In this document: positions 55,186-64,000 of the stretch, piece after piece | Layout of the letters: each line of letters starts with the position of its first letter | How positions within the stretch are numbered: position 1 is the first letter of the stretch | NCBI RefSeq assembly: GCF_006345805.1 | Contig: NC_043023.1 | Span: 16,244,001-16,308,000 of the forward strand | Length of the DNA stretch: 64,000 nucleotides | Reading direction: 5' to 3' | From: Octopus sinensis | Lineage: Eukaryota | Translations under genes and position numbers: made by a program | Notes under the pieces: generated by a model | What the model was told of the DNA's origin: nothing | The model's database searches: none | The model's input: the letters and a program-made list of their open reading frames with translations, nothing else

Positions 55186-55224
55186 CACTTTGGGTGATAT
55201 TATACTTTTGTGCCCTTGACAAAT
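55186..55224 (-). CDS. Type I membrane protein, coding exon 2 (39-nt mini-exon)
   Basis: Acceptor TTTTCATCTTTTACAG, donor GTAAAT, phase 1-1; (Y)LSRAQKYNITQS(G); needed because skipping it joins T+GA into a stop. Confidence 0.8.
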
Positions 55225-55784
55225 CTGTAAAAGATGAAAACAAATTTTTTTGATTTTAAGATGAAATATTTCAAAACAATGTGAATAAATGAACATTACA
55301 TTTCACAGTAATTTGATTGCTAAAGGATTAAAGCAGCCATATCTGTTTTATGTTCTAAGTGGCTGGGTCCAGCCCCTCACACCTACCCTACAATGTCAGT
55401 CTAAAAATAAACAATCACATCATCAAAATGTCAAAACTACAAGATAACGAATGATTAATTCAAAAACCAAGTCTAAAGGAGCATTACATTAAACGGAATA
55501 AACTAATTGCTAACGAGTTAAAGTAGCCATACCTGGCACAAAGATTCTACCTGTTTCATGTTTAAACTGGTAATGGGTCATCCTTTTACACCTGTCTTAC
55601 AATGTCATTCTAAAAATGAACGGACAAGGACTGCTATGTAAAGAAGTGCTGATCTCTAACTGCGGAGGCAATCTGTGGAAGAGGTGGACCCTGAAAGGTG
55701 CAGGACAAAATGGTGGAACATGAGGGCTTTGGATGTTGAGGCTGACATGTATTGATAAGTGACTGCGATTGCCAAAAAAAAACT

Positions 55785-55950
55785 CATATTGCTCAGAAAC
55801 TGAAAAAATTTGTTCTGAAGGAGTGTAAAATGTTTGGGTTCTCCCCAGGAAATATTGGATACATAAATGAAATTCCCACGTATTTCAATAAACCAGGAAA
55901 CACTACAGCAGACACAGAGGGAAACGAAGCTGTTAAAGTAAAGACATCTG
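55785..55950 (+). mobile_element. pogo-like DDE transposase fragment
   Basis: IGYINEIPTYFNKPGNTT...VKVKTS resembles the IGNxDETP motif. Confidence 0.5.
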
Positions 55951-55969
55951 TGAATTTATTAAATAGTGA

Positions 55970-56125
55970 CGGGTTGTGGTTAAGAAAACGAAGATCATGT
56001 CAACAGCAGCCACAACAAACATCAGCATCAAGATCGATAATGAAGAGATCGAAGTGGTTGATGATTTCATCTTCCTTGGCTCCAAAATAAATCGAGATGG
56101 TGACTGCACTCCAGAAATAAGACGG
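55970..56125 (+). mobile_element. RTE/BovB-like RT fragment
   Basis: KKTKIM...IEVVDDFIFLGSKINRDGDCTPEIRR. Confidence 0.8.
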
Positions 56126-56695
56126 TGGATGGATGGAAGCACTCCGTCGGTTATGACGATGAGGGTTCCGGTTGATCCAAATCAATGGAACAGCCTGCTC
56201 GTGAAATTAACGTGTAAGTGGCTGAGCACTCCACAGACACGTGCACCCTTAACGCAGTTCTCGAGGATATTCAGCGTGACACAGAGAGTGACAAAGCCGG
56301 CCCTTTGAAATACAGGTACAACAGAAACAGGAAGTAAGAGTGAGAGAAAGTTGTGGTGAAAGAGTACAGCAGGGATCACCACCATCCCCTGCCGGAGCCT
56401 CGTGGAGCTTTAGGTGTTTTCGCTCAATAAACACTCACAACGCCCGGTCTGGGAATCGAAACCGCGATCCTACAACCGCGAGTCCGCTGCCCTAACCACT
56501 GGACCAAATTTTCTTGCATAAAATGCATCATTTCTAAAGCTGTGATGAAAACAAAATTGGGAAACTCCCTACCAAAACAAAGAAAATCCTCCTTATGTGA
56601 GTGACCCCATTCCAGACCCCTGTGCACCTGAGTAAGTTTGCCTTAACAAAAATAAGTTATGGAAAGAAATTAAATAAAATATAAATAAAACTTAC

Positions 56696-56741
56696 AGACA
56701 AATGTTACAAACAGTAAGCAGAACAAGATCCATTTAGCCAT
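56696..56741 (-). CDS. Type I membrane protein, coding exon 1 (signal peptide)
   Basis: Acceptor TTTTTTCAG at 56745, ATC-ATG-G start context, MAKWILFCLLFVTFV, donor GTAAGT at 56695. Confidence 0.85.
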
Positions 56742-58148
56742 GATCTGAAAAAATAATTTTGAAAAGCTGCAAAATAACAAAGTTTATAGCCCAGGGTCCG
56801 AGGCTGGTCAGGCTGAGAAAAACAAACAGTCACAATATCATCAGTCACTCTTTAATAGATTTGTGGTCGAGCCTGTGGCATTGGAGATCTTATTCTTAAC
56901 TATTTCGAATACTACAGAACGCTGTACAGTAGAGACAAGTGCAGTTTGAACTTGCACAAACACTTTTTGCTACAGCATTTTCACGTCAAAATAAACGTTT
57001 TCTGAAGAAAATTCTAAATCATTTGAAACTTCTAACTGTGAACATTCTTCTTACTCTTTACTCTTTTACTTGTTTCAGTCATTTGACTGCGGCCATGCTG
57101 GAGCACCACCTTTAGTCGAGCAAATCGAACCCGGGACTTATTCTTTGTAAGCCCAGTACTTATTCTATCGGTCTATTTTGCCGAACCGCTAGGTGACGGG
57201 GACGTAAACACACCAGCATCGGTTGTCAAGCAATGCTAGGGGGACAAACACAGACACACACATACATATATATATATATACATAAATATGACAGGCTTCT
57301 TTCAGTTTCCATCTACCAAATCCACTCACAAGGCATTGGTCGGCCCGGGGCTATAGCAGAAGACACTTGCCCAAGATGCCACGCAGTGGGACTGAACCCG
57401 GAACCATGTGGTTGGTAAGCAAGCTACTTACCACACAGCCACTCCTGCGCCTTCTTGTATAGTTTTTCTGAAAATCCAACAGTTACAGATCATGTCAGGG
57501 TCCCTGAAACTCCCTGGTATTTCCTCGCATTTACAAACTTTGTTTTTTTCTTGGACTGTTGAATGACAACCCTCGTTCTAGTTCAATGCACTCAAGCACC
57601 ATAACTCATGTTGCATTCAAAAATCATGCGTCCCCGAAGTCCATCCCCTCCTCACTGTGGTGGGGACACTGGCAACGGGTAGTGTCAGAGCTATGCTGTC
57701 GGGAACTTCGGTTCCTTGTAGGGCCACCCAAGGCAGATTGGTCTTACACCGAGTGGTATTAGGCCCACAACCCGGCAGACGGTGCTCTGGTGAAAATCCT
57801 CGGAGTGTCTGTTTCAGCAACTGGCGGCTCCTCGGTCTTTGGGTTGTCTCTCTCTCTCTCCACATCTCCTAATGAGTTTGCAGTAAGTTACAGATATTGA
57901 TAGAGTCTTGAATTTACATTTTTAATGCTTAAAATAAGGAATTAGTTTTCACATTTTGTTTGTTCTTTAATCTATGTCTACATGTAATTCTGTGAAAGTC
58001 TGTGTGATGTGCAAGACACAACAGCTAAATCTCCCTCATATATATATCTTGTGTTTTTATGACTATACAATCCAATATTTACAACAGAATCTCTTCTATT
58101 TGGACAAACCTTATAGTTGTGGCTTGATGCAATGGGAAGTTTCAAAAA

Positions 58149-60362
58149 CCAACTGGGAAATACAAACAACGAAAAGAACTTAGTTTCTGAAAGAAAAAAA
58201 TAAAAGATATTTTTTAGAATTTTACTGAAAATGTACTGAATTTTTTAAAAATTCAAAAAGTAAAAAGGTTATGAGGGGTTATATGGGGTACTTAAACGAA
58301 AATTCCACCAAAAATCAAATTTTCAAACCAGTTTTTTTTAACAGCATAAATGCTTTAATGTGGATAAAAATATTGAAAAACATGAATACATGTTAGAGCG
58401 AGGAAGAAACAAGAAAGGTGGTTGTGGGATGTGTTAGAAACAACAGGCAGATCTCCCTTAAATCACACACCTTTCTTTACTCATAACTTTCTGACAAATG
58501 GATATTAATGGATATATCGGAATTTGATGTGAAAAAGTTTTCTGAGGGTGGAGTGAAAAGTTTTGGAAAATTCACATCAGTTGGATTTATTTCCTCATAA
58601 CTTTTGGAAAAATGGATATTTCTTTAGTGGAATTTTCTACAAATATCATTCGGATTGTGAAGGTGATGATTGAAAAACCATACATGTTAGAACCAACTGG
58701 GAAATACAAGCAAGAAAAGGAAATTAGTTTCTCTACATAAGCTGAAATATAAAATTAAAAAACTATATTTTTGAATATTTTACTGAAAATGTACTGAATT
58801 TTTTTTAAATTCCAAAAGTTAGAAAAGGTTATGAGGGGTCATATGGGGTTCTTAAACCAGAATTCCACAAAAAATCAAATTTTCAAACCAATTTTTTTTA
58901 ATAGCATAAATGTTTTTATGGGGATGGCACATAAAAAGCATCATCTGATTGTGATCGTTTGCCAGCCTCGTCTGGCACCTGTGCCGGTGACACGTAAAAA
59001 GCACCCACTACACTCACAGAGTGGTTGGCATTAGGAAGGGCATCCAGCCATAGAAACATTGCCAGATCAGACTGGGTCTGGTGCAGCCTTCTGGCTTCCC
59101 AGACCCCAGTTGAACCGTCCAACCCATGCTAGCATGGAAAGCGGACGCTAAACGATGATGATGATGATGATGAATACATGTTAGAACCAACTGGGAAATA
59201 CAAACAAGAAAAGGAACTTAGTTTCTCTACATAAGCTGAAATATAAAATTAAAAAACTATATTTTTGAATATTTCACTTGAAATGTACTGAATTTTTTTT
59301 TAAATTCCAAAAAGTTAGAAAAGGTTATGAGGGGTCATATGGGGTTCTTAAACCAGAATTCCACCAAAAATCAAATTTTCAAACCAATTGTTTTTAATAG
59401 CATAAATGTTTTTATGGGGATGGCACATAAAAAGCATCATCTGATTGTGATCGTTTGCCAGCCTCGTCTGGCACCTGTGCCGGTGACACGTAAAAAGCAC
59501 CCACTACACTCATGGAGTGGTTGGTGTTAGGAAGGGCATCCAGCCATAGAAATATTGCCAGATCAGACTGGGCCTGGTGCAGCCTTCTGGCTTCCCAGAC
59601 CCCAGTTGAACCGTCCAACCCATGCTAGCATGGAAAGCGGACGCTAAACGATGATGATGATGATGATGAATACATGTTAGAACCAACTGGGAAATACAAA
59701 CAAGAAAAGGAACTTAGTTTCTCTACATAAGCTGAAATATACAATTAAAAAACTATAATTTTGAATATTTCACTGAAAATGTGCTGAATTTATTTTTAAA
59801 TTCCAAAAAGTTAAAAAAGGTTATGAGGGGTCATATGGGGTACTTAAACCAGAATTCCACCAAAAATCAAATTTTAAAACCAATTTGTTTTAATAGCATA
59901 AATGTTTTTATGGGGATAAAAATATTGAAATACAAGCAAGAAAAGGAATTTAGTTTCTCTACATAAGTTGAAATACAGAATTAAAAACTATATTTTTGAA
60001 TATTTTACTGGAAATGTACTGAATTTATTTTTAATTCCAAAAAGCTAAAAAAGGTTATGAGGGGTCATATGGGGTTCTTAAACGAGAATTCCACCAAAAA
60101 TCAAATTTTAAAACCAATTTGTTTTAATAGCATAAATGTTTTTATGGGGATAAAAATATTGAAATACAAGCAAGAAAAGGAATTTAGTTTCTCTACATAA
60201 GCTGAAATACAGAATTAAAAAACTATATTTTTGAATATTTTACTGGAAATGTACTGAATTTATTTTTAAATTCCAAAAAGCTAAAAAAGGTTATGAGGGG
60301 TCATATGGGGTTCTTAAACGAGAATTCCACCAAAAATCAAATTTTCAAACCAATTTGTTTTT
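58149..60362 (+). repeat. Six copies of a ~236-bp AT-rich unit, two carrying the same SINE fragment (496-bp period)
   Basis: GGTTATGAGGGGT.ATATGGGG..CTTAAAC recurs at ~58267, 58827, 59323, 59819, 60052, 60289. Confidence 0.9.
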
Positions 60363-60743
60363 AATGGTAGAAATTGATCAGGCATGCAATATTATGATGT
60401 GTCGATCGTCAGTAGTTCTGACGATAAAAATTTGTTGTTATAATTGCATAATGCAGGATGTGAAAGAGGAAAAATGCATGAAGTTTTAAGGAGATATTTA
60501 TTTCCCGTTAGAGAGAAAGGCATGTGTAGTGCATGAATGTGCAGAGATAGCATTTGTGTGTGTATGAATCAAGTGTGCAGATGCATGCGCAAGGCTGTGA
60601 AGAAAGGTGCATGCGTGTGTCTATGCAACAATACAAACATTTTCAAAGTGAACAAAAAAAAATGTACATTCAAAATATGAATAATAATAATAAGGAACAT
60701 TCAAAAAGATATGCAAATGGATTTAGCTGCTTTAGTGAAACGA

Positions 60744-62498
60744 ATCGTGGAATAATTTGTGCAACATGGAATGTGCTTCGTGGAATGTGTGCAACGTGGA
60801 ATATGTGCAACACAGAATGTGCTTTGTGGAATGTGTGCAACACAGAATGTGCTTTGTGGAATGTGTGCATCGCGGAATATGTGCAACACAGAATGTGCTT
60901 TGTGGAATGTGCTTCGTGGAATATGTGCAACACAGAATGTGCTTTGTGGAATGTGCTTCGTGGAATATGTGTAACGCGGAATATGTGCAACACAGAATGT
61001 GCTTTGTGGAATGTGCTTCGTGGAATATGTGTAACGCGGAATGTGTGCAACGCGGAATATGTGCATCGTAGGATGCACTTCATGGAAGATATGCATTGCA
61101 GAATGTGTGCATCGCAGAATGTGCAACGTGGAATATATGTATTGCGGAATATGTACATCAGGGAATATGTGCATCGTGGAATATGTGCAACGTGGAATAT
61201 ATGTATTGTGGAATATGTGCATCAGGGAATGTGCTTTGTGGAATATGTGCATCGTGGAATGCGCTTCGTGGAATATGTGCAACGTGGAATATATGTATTG
61301 CGGAATATGTGCATCAGGGAATATGTGCATCGCAGAATGTGCTTCGTGGAATATATGCATCGGGGAATGTGCTTTGTGGAATATGTGCATCACAGAATGT
61401 GCTTTGTGGAATATATGCATCGGGGAATGTGCTTTGTGGAATATGTGCATCACAGAATGTGCTTCGTGGAATATGTGCATCGGGGAATGTGCTTTGTGGA
61501 ATATGTGCATCACAGAATGTGCTTTGTGGAATATGTGCAACGTGGAATATATGTATTGCGGAATATGTGCATCAGGGAATATGTGCATCGCAGAATGTGC
61601 TTCATGGAATATGTGCATCGGGGGAATGTGCTTTGTGGAATATATGCATCACAGAATGTGCTTCGTGGAATATGTGCATCGCAGAATGTGCTTCGTGGAA
61701 TATATGCATCGGGGAATGTGCTTTGTGGAATATATGTATTGTGGAATATGTGCATCAGGGAATATGTGCATCGCAGAATGTGCTTCATGGAATATGTGCA
61801 TCGGGGGAATGTGCTTTGTGGAATACATGCATCACAGAATGTGCTTCGTGGAATATGTGCATCGCAGAATGTGCTTCGTGGAATATATGCATCGGGGAAT
61901 GTGCTTTGTGGAATATATGTATTGTGGAATATGTGCATCAGGGAATATGTGCATCGCAGAATGTGCTTCATGGAATATGTGCATCGGGGGAATGTGCTTT
62001 GTGGAATATATGCATCACAGAATGTGCTTCGTGGAATATATGCATCACAGAATGTGCTTTGTGGAATATGTGCATCACAGAATGTGCTTCGTGGAATATA
62101 TGCATCACAGAATGTACTTCGTGGAATATGTGCATCGTGGAATATGTGCATCGTGGAATATATGCATCACAGAATGTGCTTTGTGGAATATGTGCATCAC
62201 AGAATGTGCTTTGTGGAATATATGTATTGTGGAATATGTGCATCGCAGAATGTGCTTCGTGGAATATATGCATCACAGAATGTACTTCGTGGAATATGTG
62301 CATCGTGGAATATGTGCATCGTGGAATATGTGCATCGGGGAATGTGCTTTGTGGAATATATGCATCGGGGGAATGTGCTTTATGGAATATGTGCATCGTG
62401 GAATGCACTTCATGGAATATGTGCAACGTGGAATATATGTATTGTGGAATATGTGCATCAGGGAATATGTTCATCGCAGAATGTGCTTCGTGGAATAT
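60744..62498 (+). repeat. Minisatellite of 14- and 16-bp monomers with a 183-bp higher-order repeat
   Basis: GGAATATGTGCATCRC / AGAATGTGCTTYGT monomers; GAATATGTGCATCAGGG recurs at 61561, 61744 and 61927. Confidence 0.95.
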
Positions 62499-64000
62499 AA
62501 TAAAATAAGCAATAATAAAATAAGCAAAAATAACAAACTTAGCTGAAAATAGTGTCCTTTGTCTACAGCTGAAAGTGAATAGATGTGCATGCAAATAAAA
62601 AGAGTTGCTGAAAGTCTATGTGAGAGACTTACGTCCATGCAAAAGTTCACAAACCATGCAGGCTTTGTACATCAGGATGAGATGAAAAGCGTGTGTGTGC
62701 TGAAAAGGTTGCATGTGCGGGCTTCCATATTTTCTTCCAGTTAGTTTCTTGGCATGTAAGCGAATACCTTGTGCGTCGGCTGTGTTGCATTGCAGCGAAG
62801 TGCATCGTAGATTGCATTGCAGAATAGTGCTTCCTGTAGCAGATCGATGGACGGTGCATCATGGTGGTGTCGAAGGTTGTCATTCATTTTCCTTTGGGTT
62901 AGCGACTGTAGATGGTCCAGTTCTTTAATTCGAATCAGCATCTAGCATGAAAAGGTATTATTTCTCTTTACACGGGTTCACCAAATTGTTGGTAACATAG
63001 GTTCAGAAGGCAGCCAATCTTTTTCCACGGGCTCGCCAGTTTCATCATCATCATCATCATCATCATCGTTTAACGTCTGTTTTCCATGCTAGCATGGGTT
63101 GCACCAGGCTCCAGTCTTATCTGGCAATGTTTCTACAGCTGGATGCCCTTCCTAATGCCAACCACTCCGTGAGTGTAGTGGGTGCTTTTTACATGCCACC
63201 TGCACAGGCGCCAGGCGAGGCTGGCAACGGCCACGGTCGTATTGGTGTATTTTACGTGCCACCGGCACGGAAGCCAGTCGAGGCGGCGCTGGCTTGCAGT
63301 TAGTCTTTGTGAAGGCTACAATGCTCTTGTTCGGGGCCACAAGTTGTAACGGGTATATTTTTATTAGACTATTTGTAACGATAAAATTTTTAGTTGAAGT
63401 TGAGGGTCAGTAATTGTAACAGTAGAAATTGATTAGTAAACAATATTATGATGTGTCGATGAAAATTTGTTGTTATAATTGCATACTGTTGGATGTGAAA
63501 GAGGAACAATGCATGAAGTTTTAAGGAAATATTTATTTATTGTTACATTACCAATAACTTGCATCGACGAGCAGGTTTTGAAAAATCCAAAAGCATGCGA
63601 AGTAAAGTTTGTGATTGTGTCCTCTTCATTGTTTAGTAGTAAATACAGAGAGAGAGATAGAATGATGTTGTAAGAGAACAGAATTAGAGCTAGAGAGAGT
63701 TGTAGGGTGTGGGACGTTGTCTCACAGTTGCTGACAATAAACTTCATTTCTCCCTCTGAACAAGGTTTTAGCTGGTCAGCCAGACTTTGTTCTCACTGAG
63801 TTATCATTGTAGTGGCTAACTTGTTGAGTTATCACCGAAGTGACTGAACTTGTTGAGTTATCACAGGAGTTGACTTACTGATTTTTGCTTGGGGTGTTCT
63901 TGCTTTTATAACTAACCAGAGGGATAGATATATCATAGATTTAGTTGGTGGTTTTGTTATCTCTATTCTAGCTTTTGGTGAAGTAGAAAAGGTTAGAAAG

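Noticed and set aside
60399-60430. CTGACGA as a hammerhead core (also CTGATGA at ~1726 and ~56838)
   Set aside because: No stem II followed by GAAA; only a small hairpin or a chance match.
62647-62941. Short minus-strand ORFs after the minisatellite
   Set aside because: No recognisable motif or consistent splice structure.

Overview
AT-rich animal genomic DNA, very probably an octopus (coleoid cephalopod), inferred from long (TA/CA)n tracts, tRNA-headed SINE families and CDICGKSF-type C2H2 arrays. 1-5.4 kb: a replication-dependent core histone quartet (H3<- H4-> ... H2B<- H2A->) with 3' stem-loops for H4, H2B and H2A and no H1 in view. 5.8-14.2 kb: TE debris (SINEs, decayed Helitron helicase, a complete non-autonomous Helitron, fold-backs with hammerhead motifs). 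14.3-41 kb: four tandem minus-strand C2H2 zinc-finger genes (13, ~18 frameshifted, 17 and 21 finger units, the last cut by a nonsense codon), with near-identical DNA between arrays that are re-ordered from a shared set of fingers. 43-50.3 kb: two decayed piggyBac transposases with nested insertions. 51.4-56.7 kb: a four-coding-exon gene, mostly invisible in the ORF track, encoding a 155-aa type I membrane protein (signal peptide, atypical Ig-like domain, Pro stalk, TM, 6-aa tail); one intron holds a sense-strand hammerhead motif overlapped by a long inverted repeat. 58-64 kb: tandem repeats and a 14/16-bp minisatellite with a 183-bp higher-order unit. Six loci with Penelope-type hammerhead motifs were found by eye. 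All coordinates and folds were read by hand; no database searches were run.
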